The notes: generated by a model not told the origin, from the sequence alone. 64,000 bases of DNA from Podarcis filfolensis (GCA_964270895.1 OZ185440.1), one strand, 5' to 3'. Counted from the stretch's first letter, positions 38,567 to 50,165 are shown. Translations and numbers: made by a program.

Positions 38567-40860
38567 TAAAATAAGGAATAGAACAAATGTCCTATAATTT
38601 TCCCTGAAACTTGTTTATTCCTCATAAATCCTTTTCTATGACCCATGCTTGTAATTTTTGGCCGAAAAAAACATTTGCACAACTTAGCTCACACATCTGC
38701 AAGACTGACAGGTCTTAGCAGACTGATTTTCAATAGATTTTTGTCCCACACCCTTCTTCCCCAAAGAAGCCCAAGGTGACAAATAACAAACCATCAAAAA
38801 CAATTTTTAAAGAACATTCATGCTGAAAATATGTATAACTGAACTCGTGCAACTCCTTCTTTCCTAAACAGTATTTTTAAAACGTGACTTTGAATCAGTT
38901 GGAGCTGTCTCCTTCAAAAGCTCATTTCTGGTAGTACTGTTGTAAACTAGACTTCCCCAACCTGGTGCCCTCCATGACTACAGCTGGCATCTCCATGACC
39001 ATTGCCTATGCTGGCTAGGGCTCGTAGGACTTGTGAGTCAAAAATCTTTTGTAGTCACCAGGTTGAGGGAGAGGGTATTGTAAAGAATCTGTGTTTATTT
39101 ATTTGATTTCTTGTGCCCCCTTTACTGTATAATAAAATATACAACTACTGTATAAAACAAAACAGTTGACAACCATAAAACAAAAAAGTGTAAAAACATT
39201 TTAGAACATTTCCTTATATAAAACAATACAAACCTTTGGAGACTATTTTATATAATATCAAATCGATGCAAACCATTTTTATTGTTACTACCTGCCCTTC
39301 ACCCTAAGGTCCCAGGGCAGGCTACAGTAATGATTTTCCTAACCGTAAATATTTTCTGTAAAGAAAGGGCTGTCTTAATCAAATTTCCTCAAGATGTAAC
39401 TGTATTGAAGTACTTTAATATCTATTTTTATTTAAGTAGAAGAAATATAGTTGATTGGTCACAGACTTATGTGATTCCTAGACTTAAAATTCACACACAC
39501 ATTTAATTTGAATAACCCAGTTGTTTTAAAGTGTTGTATTATGGCCAGCATTGTTTAAAAAATAAAACAAATAAATTGTTTAATTTTTATTAAAGTACAC
39601 ATATATTTCTTTTCATTATTCTTGGACATTTCACAGTGCCAATAAAAACCATTGGCAGATGAGTGTTGCTAAATCAGATCAAATTGCACCTCTTCAAAGT
39701 GTGTGTTTATTTGGACCCCTGTTTGAAGCTCTTAATTACAGAATCCTAGTATACGTAGAGATTATTATTTTATCAGACAGAATGAATTGACTGTTCTCGT
39801 TTGTGTCATACTGAGATAATACAGATTTTGAAAAAGATTTTGTCCTCCACCAGGTGTGCATTTAAGTGATTTTCACAGCACTTACACCTTGATAAGGGGG
39901 ATTAGGAAAGAAAGTTAAAGGATTCTTTGTCCACTAGATTCACCAGAGTAATTCAAGCATGTGTAAATGGCAAAGGAAGTTTGCCTGCTTGAGAACAGAA
40001 TCCTGTTCTAGGGCGTGAACGAAAGTAATGAGTATGATCCTTGTTACTCATGTTTGACTTACAATAGTTGTATATTCCTATCATTACTTTAAATGACCTG
40101 ACTAGGCTGCTTGCCATTATTTCACTTTACATTTTATTCCTGGATCAGTGTGCATAAGGAGCTGTATGTAGGAAGCAGTAAATTGCTGTTGTACAGGGTG
40201 TGAGCATTTGGTGTTATGTGCAGGGTCAGCTAAGGTGAATATGTAAATAGGGGTTTGGAGAGGATGAGCTCTATTAAGAAATGTATTTGAATACAAATCC
40301 ACTATACTGATAGAAGCCCTAGAAAATCAATCAGTCATTCAGTCAATCATTTATTTGTATGCTGCCTTCCCAAAGTTCAAACCATGCTCTTGGTGACTTA
40401 AAACATACAAAAAAAATTTAAACATACAAACATAACAAAAGCAGTAATAAATAAAGAAAACATCAAAAGTACACAACCAAATTGAACAATTTCCATATAA
40501 ATCATAAGAACCTAAATAAAGATACAAAAATTTAATATATACCCCAACCCAAGAAAACACTGTGGATGAAGTCCATGATCCACTGAAAGTGACTGGAGAC
40601 TTTCTATTGGCTTCTATTGGTACTTTTTCAGCCATTGTAGCCTAAATAGCTTTACCCAGAGGTATGGTGCTTCAAATTGGAACGGAGCTGTAACATAGGG
40701 AGCCATATTCTGCTGGTTATTATCTGCCCAACAATGGGGGTGGACCACTGAGTATATATCAGCTACTATTCTCCTAGCAATTCCAGTATGATTCAGAACT
40801 TTCTTTCTTTCTATTGATTTCCCCCTCAATGCAAATATTTACCAGCATCTTACAATACAG

Positions 40861-41179
40861 GTAAGGTAAAGGTAAATAACCCTTGGGCAGTAAGTCCAGT
40901 CAAAAGCGACTATTGGGTGCAGCGCTCAGCATAGAGAGCTTTCCGGGTCATGTGACCAGCATGACTAAACCGCTTCTGGCGCAACCGAACACCGTGACGG
41001 AAGCCAGAGTGCATGGAAACGTCATTTACCTTTTTGACCCAACGGTACCTATTTATCTTCTCAGAAGCTGGGACAGAGCAACGGGAGCTCACCTTGTCAT
41101 GGGGATTCGAACTGCCGACCTTCCGATCGGTGAGCCCAAGAGGCTCAGTGGTTTAGACCACAGCGCCACCCATGTCCCC
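40861..41179 (-). mobile_element. Sauria SINE (older, internally deleted)
   Basis: (AAAGGT)n tail at left and head ...ccacagcgccacccatgtccc at right. TSD unclear. Confidence 0.9.
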
Positions 41180-41237
41180 TTCTTAACATATATGATACAA
41201 TGGAATGATAAGAACTGGGATAATTTTAGTTACTTTA

Positions 41238-41593
41238 AGGTAAAGGTAAAGGGACCCCTGACCATTAGGTCCAGTCGTGACCGACTCTGGGGTTGCGGCG
41301 CTCATCTCGCTTTTTTGGCCAAGGGAGCCAGCGTACAGCTTGCGGGTCATGTGGCCAGCATGACTAAGCCACTTCTGGCGAACCAGAGCAGTGCACGGAA
41401 ACGCTGTTTACCTTCCCGCCGGAGCGGTACCTGTTTATCTACTTGCACTCGGACGTGCTTTCAAACTGCTAGGTGGGCAGGAGCAGGGACCGAGCAACGG
41501 GAGCTCATCCTGTCGCGGGGATTCAAACCGCCAATCTTCTGATCGGCAAGCCCTAGGCTCTGTGGTTTAACACCACAGCGCCACCCGCGTCCC
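41238..41593 (-). mobile_element. Sauria SINE, full length
   Basis: Perfect 14-bp TSD TTTTAGTTACTTTA (41224-41237 and 41594-41607). Head and tail intact. Confidence 0.95.
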
Positions 41594-42264
41594 TTTTAGT
41601 TACTTTAGTTGATAGTATATTGTACCCTTAAGTTATTGAATACATTTACATGTCTACTATTTGAGTAATTCTTCTTTATATATAAATACTATTTAACCAT
41701 CAGCTTCAATGTTTCTCAAACTGGGGTCCCCAGCTGTTGTTGCACTATAACCCCCTTCATTCCTGGTCACTGAGCTAAATATAATGCTCACAGAACAAAG
41801 TTTCTTGGATGAAGAGGGAGATTGTGAAGGTTACAGCCAAATCCACAGTCAAGAGGAAAAGACCATTCATGACAACCCTTCAAGTGCCCTAGGAAAGCCA
41901 GGGACTAATAAGAGAAATTTAAAATTTAAGGATGATTCTCCCAAGATTGACTCTACTAAGATGAGGTCTTTGGACAAGCCGCAGGTGGTCATATCTAATT
42001 GGCTAATAATGAATCCCAGTGGCTCACTGCTAACTGAGGTTGAACTGTAGGCAGAAATACAAGCCATTTTAGGGATGTCCCTAATATTAGGAAATGGCTT
42101 TTGATGTAAATATTTGAGCCTTCAGGAGAAATGTGGTAGTATTGAACTTACGGTAATTTTCTGGATTTAGAAGTGCGGGATAAATTATGGTGTTTGATTT
42201 ACTTCAACAGAGAACTGTTATTTGAACTAAAAGAATGTAAAAATAACTTTGCAGACCGTCAGAT

Positions 42265-42271
<7 letters not shown>

Positions 42272-42297
<26 letters not shown>
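42272..42297. repeat. (AC)13 microsatellite
   Basis: Seen directly. Confidence 0.95.
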
Positions 42298-43489
42298 GAG
42301 GTATCAGGTATCAGAAAGTGGTGAAGAGGGCATAGGAGGGAAGAAGACCATGTTCGTGAAGACGGTTCTTGCTGTCATCCTGGATACAATTTCAGGAGGA
42401 AAGTACTGCTTGAATATGCCCAGAGATAACTTGTTTCTAATTCTCCTTTCAGTTGTTGCTGCTTTCAGGTTTTTTGCTTGCCATCTAAAGCATATCTTTT
42501 GGTCAGAGGAGTGATAATAAAGCTTCTGTTTTCCACGCTAAAGCAACATATTTACATACTACAAATAACAAAGTAAATGCTGCAGACGGGATCTGGCGTG
42601 ATAATTAAGTACAATGGCGACCCATATGAACAGAAAATGCCAAGCAGCTAAAACAAAGCAACAACAGCTTTGTTTGTTGACAGATGTAGGAGCCATATTG
42701 TTAGTTAATTGGGTAATGGTGTAAACATTTGCAAACTCTGCAGTCCCTAGGTGAATTAAAAAACCAGCAGGCACACTGAAATCAAGGGTGAAAAGCAGCA
42801 AACCTCCTCTTAGCACAGGTACTCAGCTAACCTCCAAAGTTGAAAACACTTGAGAAAAGGACATCGTTGATAGTTGTTATTAAGGGTAACTTGAGTTTGT
42901 AAACCCAAGAGTTCCGATTAGGATGTGCATCCTTAATTACACTCAAGTGAATAATAGGTTTCCATCTGGTTACAGTCTGGAGGATAGTGTTCATTAACCC
43001 AGCCTCGCTTTTCAAACCAGTTTTCGCCTGATACACAGAAGACATTCTCACTCTACTTACCTTTCCTTGCTTTTGCAATAAAGGGGTTATGGGATTTGGA
43101 AAGTGAGTGGATTTAATTAGATACAGACTTGAACTGAACAGAGAAAGCAAATTGCTTTTCTCAGGTGCACGGTACCTCTTGTCCAAAGAATGGTTCAGCA
43201 CTGTAGCAGTGAAATGCTAAAGGCTTTAAATATGAAACAAAAAGCTTCATTATTAGACTTCTGTAAGTGCAAAACAGAATTCAGAGTCACAGTAGTTTTA
43301 TAAAACATATTTTCTAAGATAAGTTTCTTCCCATTCATTTTAAGTGGTATGTTCTTTGGAGAAAATGCTATACTTTGTAGAAAATGCTATATCACAAATC
43401 CTTTTTAATGGTCTTTTAAAACATTTTATAATCTCAAGCATTCATGGTATGGTGTTATGACATATTTATGTATGTGGTAGAATCTAGTT

Positions 43490-43675
43490 GGTGTCATTCC
43501 GCTGACAAAAGGCATGCATCAGTGGAACAGGGAGGAATAGAAAGTTAGGTGCTCCCTTCCCCTCCCAAAGACCACCACTCCATCTGAAATCTGCCTCGGA
43601 GGGTCCCCCAACCCCCAGAAAATTCCCTTCCTCCCTGTTCTGCTGACAGATGCCTTCCATCAGCGGAGCGTCACC
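43490..43675. mobile_element. Degenerate MITE with about 45-bp imperfect terminal inverted repeats
   Basis: ttccgctgacaaaaggcatgcatcagtggaacagggagg pairs with cctccctgttctgctgacagatgccttccatcagcggag. Confidence 0.6.
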
Positions 43676-44217
43676 AGGTGCAACAAGCAGTATAGAATTT
43701 AAAATACTGACCATCCAAACAAAATAAAATCAATTCAATTTTAAAAACACAGAAAAATGGAACGGTTGAAACAAAGCTAGAACACCAGTGGAGGGCTGAG
43801 GTGGGAACTAATACTAGGAATAAGACTCAAGTAACAATGGTATGGAACTATCTTTTTTCTGTTCACAAAGCGGGACTTCAGCAACTACTGGAACTTGATT
43901 TGTTCAGTAATGCCTGACATAAAAGTGCCCTGTGTTTGTGAGCAGTAGACAGTTACTACTTATTTCAAATTTTAATGCACCCTATGTGGTTACACGCTTG
44001 AGCCTTTGATTGCAGCTACATATTCCAATGCAGTTATTCATCATACCACAATTCACTGCCCATGTACAATCTGCCAGTGTAAAGTAGTTTTGCATACAGA
44101 GTATGAGTGTGAGAGGGGGGAATGGCAATCTGGTCTAACAAAACATGTATTTAATGTTTTCAGGTGAGATCCTATCCTAAAAGCTCAAATTGTAATTGCT
44201 GGGAAGGTATACTGTAT

Positions 44218-44773
44218 GTTGTTGTTTGTTGTTGTTTAGTCGTTTAGTCGTGTCCGACTCTTCGTGACCCCATGGACCAGAGCACGCCAGGCACTTCTGT
44301 CCTCCACTGCCTCCCGCAGTTTGATCAAACTCATGCTGGTAGCTTCAAGAACACCATCCAACCATCTCATCCTCTGTCGTCCCCTTCTCCTTGTGCCCTC
44401 CATCTTTCCCAACATCAGGGTCTTTTCCAGGGAGTCTTCTCTTCTCATGAGGTGGCCAAAGTATTGGAGCCTCAGCTTCACGATCTGTCCTTCCAGTGAG
44501 CACTCAGGGCTGATTTCCTTCAGAATGGATAGGTTTGATCTTCTTGCAGTCCATGGGACTCTCAAGAGTCTCCTCCAGCACCATAATTCAAAAGCATCAA
44601 TTCTTCGGCGATCAGCCTTCTTTATGGTCCAGCTCTCACTTCCATACATCACTACTGGGAAAACCATAGCTTTAACTATACGGACCTTTGTTGGCAAGGT
44701 GATGTCTCTACTTTTTAAGATGCTGTCTAGGTTTGTCATTGCTTTTCTGTATACTGCTTGTCATTGCTTTTCT
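44218..44773 (-). mobile_element. Bov-B (RTE) LINE, 5'-truncated 3' end with intact C-terminal ORF2 frame (44236-44739)
   Basis: ORF ...LDSILKSRDITLPTKVRIVKAMVFPVVMYGSESWTIKKADRRRIDAFELWCWRRLLRVPWTARRSN... is the Bov-B RT C-terminus. (CAA)n-like tail. TSD GTATACTGTAT (44207-44217) / GTATACCGTAT (44774-44784). Confidence 0.95.
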
Positions 44774-45035
44774 GTATACCGTATACTTTACACAAAAGTG
44801 TACATGCATATTGTAGTAGAGCTGTGCTCCTTTCTAATGTATGTGTTTCACTAGATAGCAATTGTTGGTAAATCACACAGTATGGTTTCACAGGTGTGGA
44901 TAAACAATTTCCAGTAATATATCTTTTCAAGCCCAGATTTTAAACTTGGAAAATGTAATAATATCCAAGCACTATCGGAGAAAGAAAGTCAATTGAATTT
45001 AAGCATGGAGTGAGCTGAAATGGATTTGTCAATTA

Positions 45036-45252
45036 CTGTCATACCTCATGTTACGGCCACTTTAGGTTACGTGTTTTCGGGTTGCGGACTGCGGGAAACC
45101 CGGAAGTACCGGAACAGGTTACTTCCGGGTTTCGCCGCATGCACAGAAGCGCCAAATCATACCTGCGCAGACGGGGTGCTTCAGGATGCGAACGCTGCAG
45201 GTTGTGGACGTGCCTCCATCACGGATTATGTCCGCAACCCGAGGTTCCACTG
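45036..45252. mobile_element. Tc1/mariner-type MITE, CpG-rich
   Basis: Ends (ta)CTGTCATACCTC ... GAGGTTCCACTG(ca), degenerate versions of the 33769 TIR. Internal CCGGAAGTA / TACTTCCGG inverted motif. Confidence 0.8.
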
Positions 45253-45722
45253 CACATAGGTGACATGCTTTCTGCAATGCACTGCAAAATCAAATTGCAA
45301 TTATTAGAGGATGTCTAAGCCATTTACATATTTGAAACACCAATTAAATTAAGTGAGTATTTTGGGTCTATATAGAAAAAAGTGCTAGGCATGTCGTTTC
45401 TGTCCTGTGTACCTGTAAGATTCCAATAATCTCACAACATAACATCTGCATTGACAAATGCTGATAGATTCTCTAAATAAAGAAAATGAGAGACCTTTTG
45501 CCAGGTACACGAAATGCAACTTACAATAAACCTATCTTTCTTGCAGCCCATTGCAAATATATACATATTCTTATGTATGAATTGATGCTATTTTCCTGAA
45601 TGCTATAAGTAAAAAAATTAAAAGGCTCTAAAATAGTTATCAGTCTGCTTTTGAAAATGTATATGACGGCTACCTGTACTTGTTTTTTCAGGGTTTTTTC
45701 TGTTTTTTTTTTGTCTTCACAG

Positions 45723-45806
45723 GTGACCCAGCTGGATCCAAATAAATCATTACTGGAATTAAAATTGTACCCTCAAGAAACACTTTTCCTAGAGGCAAAA
45801 GAATAG
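45723..45806 (+). CDS. FAF1: FAF1 terminal coding exon (about exon 19; end of UBX), includes TAG stop
   Basis: Long U-tract acceptor ...gtcttcacag. Translates VTQLDPNKSLLELKLYPQETLFLEAKE*, the recognised FAF1 C-terminus. Confidence 0.98.
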   Translation: MTQLDPNKSLLELKLYPQETLFLEAKE

Positions 45807-45947
45807 ATCGAGCCAGATTGGAGGACTAAGCAATCCTTTGATAATGAACGAGGCACGGTGAACGCTTTATCCAAATCACCGTGTACTGTCATTTAACTCA
45901 AAAATCAATGTCACAACTCTGCCTCTTTCAAGAAGCCGGAAAGGAAG

Positions 45948-45953
45948 AATAAA
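45948..45953 (+). terminator. Proximal polyadenylation signal AATAAA
   Basis: First canonical hexamer, 142 nt after the stop. Confidence 0.65.
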
Positions 45954-46819
45954 CATAGCTCCTTAAAAGTTTTCCATACATGAGTATATGTTTCCAACCT
46001 CATTTAAATGAGCAGAAAAGAAATATTCTGCAGTAAACACTGAACACTATGACTCTGTTGCTCACTTACCATCTGGCTTTTGTTATAATTAATGCACTGT
46101 TAAAATGTGAGTGATTGTCAAGTAGAATTTTTACTCCTCAATTACCCCCTTTTCACCAAGAATTCTTGGACATTTCTGCCTGTACTTTTGACACTAGAAT
46201 ACTGTATATTTGATATTTCGGTGAACCAGTGCTCTCATATATATGCATTTTCTTCCTGTGTTTGAATTTCTACTTCACCACCTAATTTTTTAAAAAAGGC
46301 AGAAAATCAACACATGGGACATTTTCAGCCTTGGAGATTTAACAGTATTATAGTAGTAGAAAGCAGAAACCTTTTTTGTTTTGTTGGTACTTTCTGACTC
46401 CTTTCATAAGATGTAAGGTTTTGTTTGGAGAATATAGTTTGACATATATGCAAGATATTTATTTACCTTTTTCCCCTTTTGGATCTCAGTTCCAATTCAG
46501 TTTAGGGAGTACTTTCCATTACACTGCAGTGTGCTGAACTGCTGATGATGTGAATATCTAAATAATGTTCAGAAATGGGCCAGTGCTAAATAACTGGTAT
46601 CTAGCTGATAGTTCAGTAATAAGTTGATATTGACTACCAGCCTCTAAAAGTGTTTCAAATAGCAAACACACATTTTATTTTATTTTTTGCTTATCATTGT
46701 GGAAGAAATTACAGGAACCCTTCTCTCTGCCCTTTATTTCCTTTTTGCTTCCTTTCATTCTGGCACTTGTTTGTATTTTTTTCCTGCTGTTTTAAAGCAC
46801 CTTGTTTATTTCACCAAAC

Positions 46820-46825
46820 AATAAA
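46820..46825 (+). terminator. Distal polyadenylation signal candidate AATAAA
   Basis: Preceded by a long U-rich tract (46670-46810). Confidence 0.5.
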
Positions 46826-47737
46826 AATGTAAAATTACAGTGTATTAAGAAATCTTCCTCATTGCATTTTCATTATTGATCCTGACTAATGTGTACCCAG
46901 GGAACTGGTTCTGAAGCCTGAATTATACAAACCAAACCAACCCAACTATACCTGCTGCCTAAAATTGTATCAAAATAATTTTATAAGCTTTTTGTTTTTT
47001 TAAAAAAGCAACAAAAATCTAGGTGTAGGGTATAGAATTTGAGAGCACCACAAAAACATCAGCTACTAAACAGATCATTGGTTTTTCTGCATATAACTCA
47101 AGATTGTATCCAAGTATGAAGATTTAATATGAATCAGAAACAAACGTATAAACATTGTCAGTGGTGTTCTGCTTTTCAGAATGTTGGATATATGAAATTA
47201 GTGTATGATTATTAGGTGGCTAGTAAAGCCGATATATTATTTTTTACCAAAAATGCAAAATGTGGATGGGGGAGTCTTCTAAAACAATTACGTTAGTGAA
47301 TGCACACAGGACCTACAGTGATGTATTCATGTCACACTATTTCATGCCCCCCCATCTACAGTACATGAAACTCAACATTAGACAATATGGAATGTATTGG
47401 AAAGATCCAGCTTGTTACCTTAATTGAAAAGCTATACAAGTTGCAAACAGAAGAAATGTAAAAAACATATTCCATACCTAAGTAGGAAGAATGAAATCTA
47501 CTCCAAGTTAAAAGCCCCATGCAGTTTAATTAGAGACAGTTAAGGTCATGCTTAACCCTTCCAATGAAATGAATGGAACTGTGGTCTACCACTTGTTTCT
47601 GCATCAAAATTCTCTCTGAAGCAAGTGGATTCTGAATTGTGCCCTTAATTAGCATTCATCTGCAAATGTTCATTTAGATTGTTGTCAACCATACTTCTAA
47701 TGAGTGGGCTTGCTGAAATATTGATATGCATTAGCAT

Positions 47738-48025
47738 GGTTTTCACATCACATTAATGGTTTAATGTGAACATGCAGCATGCTAGTGCATGGTGCTCAAA
47801 CGTTCTTGCTCTGTTCCTCCTCTGCTCCTGCTGCCGCCATGCCACTACGAAACAAGCCAGAGTCTGACTTGCTGTGACATCCAAACCTAGGTTCACAGTT
47901 TGTTTCTCTCTAAATTCTGGTTTGTTTTCCAGCAGTGTAGCAGAAGCAAAGAAGAATTTTCCAGTGCTATGCACCAACACACTGCATGTTCATTTTTATG
48001 TATGGTTTAATGTGATGTGGAAACC
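47738..48025. mobile_element. Palindromic non-autonomous element (about 290 bp)
   Basis: 19-bp terminal IR GGTTTTCACATCACATTAA / TTAATGTGATGTGGAAACC (1 mismatch) plus inner IR TGAACATGCAG / CTGCATGTTCA. Confidence 0.65.
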
Positions 48026-50050
48026 AGATCATTGTATAGAATATTTTTTAAATTACCTTTATCTTATATAATAAGTTTCATTTGTGAGATCATTGTGCTG
48101 TTTTTATCTTCTTCAGCTTTATTTCTTATATTCTGGCTACACATTTTCACTTCCCTATTAATTTATTAAATGTAGTTTAATCTTCCTGTGACGTATTTTA
48201 TACCATGCTTCCATTTTACCCATCTGAACATCAACATTTGTTTACTTATTTCTTTTCATCTCGCATGATCTCATAATCAAGTCGCAAATGCACCCAAATG
48301 ATTGACAGGAATAGCAATTCGAGGTTTTAAAGGTAGTTTCCTATACTCTTCCACAACTTGATCTGAATTTGTGGATATGTTTATGCTGTGTGGTTGGTTG
48401 GTTAGTGAATGTATACATCCAGCATGAAATTGGCTGTAGGCTTCTGTTGTGCCAATTTGGTTGCAATTTTCTCCATGTAAAATTAATTCCACCTGCTGTT
48501 TACTTTTGAGTCTATGAGGCATTGTCTTGGAGGACTGCAAGAATGCATATCTTCCTATTGAAATAAAATATTGCTAATGATTAGTTTATTCCTAACATTT
48601 GGATTTTTAGGAATACAAACTTCTGTAATCAAAAGCCTTCACAAATATGGGCCCACAATGCTGCTTGTTGTTCATGTAGCAATAGTATTTAATGACAATT
48701 TTATATGTGCCCATTTTTTCTGTTTCAAAGCCACCGTATTAGTCACATTTTCTTTGCTGATATCAATTCACCAGCCCTTTATATTCAATATGCAAGCTGT
48801 TATCCCCACCCAAATGTTACATTGTTACGGTGGATCATATCTTTGATTCCACTTTTACATTGTCAGGTCCCTCATATTAATGGATTATCATTAATGTCTT
48901 GAATGCATTAGTATTAAATCTTAAGGCATTATTGTTGTCAATTAATGGAAACTTGTAACAAAGTGTTCCTTTTTGTGTCTATTATCCCATTCAGTATGAT
49001 GGGGAAAGGGGGAGGCTCCCTGGCAGCAGCAAGTGCTGCCTCCGATGTACCTCCTCATTTTTACATTGCTGTTTAAACTGATATTAGAGGTTATGCAAAA
49101 CCCAAATGTCTCCTCTGTATTCTCTTCACCTACACTCTTTACATTTAATGGGGGTGAGTTTTTATGGAACCGCCTTAAAAAAAAAAAGATGTAGCAGAAC
49201 AGGACGACAGCTTTCATAAATTGTACTTTTTCAGTGACATTAGAAACATTAAATAAATTTGCAGTTACACTGAAGTTTCTACTAAAATCTAGTTTACCTT
49301 TGTCTTGGAAGAGTCCGTGATTGTTCTTTCATTCCTCTCCATAACTAAGAGAAATAATGTCTTTTTTCAAAGATCAAACACTAAGTAGTCCAGGGATGAA
49401 CAGCGTAGCCTTCCTTGTGTTTGATGGGGCTTTTGAAGGCACAACGAGGATATAAGTATAATATAGTGTATTCCCATATACTTCGGGTTTGTTTATAATT
49501 TTTATCAAGGCAACAGTTTGGCATGTTAGATCTGGGCTGCAGTCCAGCTCTACTTGCACATCACTAGTTCTGCACAACTACTTCTTTTAATTTCTAATAA
49601 AATTATGTATCATACCTTTCAAAATGTGTTTTTACTCAAAACAGTTTACAAACAAGTATTGTGATAAGAGCACCATTTCAGTGTTCTGGACACAGACAGG
49701 AACATGCATCCATATTTACATACAAAGACTCAACTAGTCAGTTCAGTGTGACACTTGCTTACATCAACCTCCCCCTTAAAATAATATGGCCCAAATACAA
49801 GTAAACAGTTCTGCAAGTTGAATGAGTTTTAGCTGTGTAGTGGAACTTCCTTGTACCCTTTAAATCAGTTCTATCCCTTAAATCTGTTTCCCCAATCCCC
49901 CAGAGCAGATTTGCAGTGTGTGCAAAGAGAAAAGAGGGCGGGAAGTTCCACTGTGCAGCTGTGCAGGTCACTGTGCAGGACAGAGTCACTGTGCAGGTGC
50001 CTCTGGGCCCCAGCAAAGCTTTTGAGGGCAATTAAGACAGTAGCTGCTAC

Positions 50051-50165
50051 CACGGGTGTAGCCAGGATTTTCGTTAGGGGTGTAGGCTTTTGTTGGAGGG
50101 CAGAACCTCAGATTTGTATTTTACTGATTTAGAGGGGCCGCAGCCCCCCCTTGGCTACACCCATG
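50051..50165. mobile_element. hAT-type MITE (115 bp)
   Basis: TIR CACGGGTGTAGCCAGG / CTTGGCTACACCCATG (14/16). 8-bp TSD GCTGCTAC / GCTGTTAC (7/8). Confidence 0.8.

Larger units (their letters stand above)
45807..46850 (+). other. FAF1: FAF1 3' UTR (end inferred)
   Basis: Follows the stop, AU-rich, no obvious TE, contains two AATAAA. The true end needs transcript data. Confidence 0.6.

Noticed and set aside
40883-41542. Longest ORF in the track (219 aa) with an internal repeat
   Set aside because: Spans two antisense Sauria SINEs. The repeated GHVxSMTKPLLA is the duplicated SINE sequence, not a protein.
41784-42050. 88-aa hydrophilic ORF that reads protein-like (possible alternative last exon)
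   Set aside because: No recognisable homology or good polypyrimidine tract. The nearest CAG acceptor (41793) opens a different frame in phase 0.
44264-44854. 196-aa + strand ORF
   Set aside because: Antisense shadow of the Bov-B coding frame.
47738-48025. Long fold-back as a possible miRNA or conserved UTR structure
   Set aside because: Terminal and inner inverted repeats fit a palindromic non-autonomous transposon. It lies beyond the poly(A) signals.
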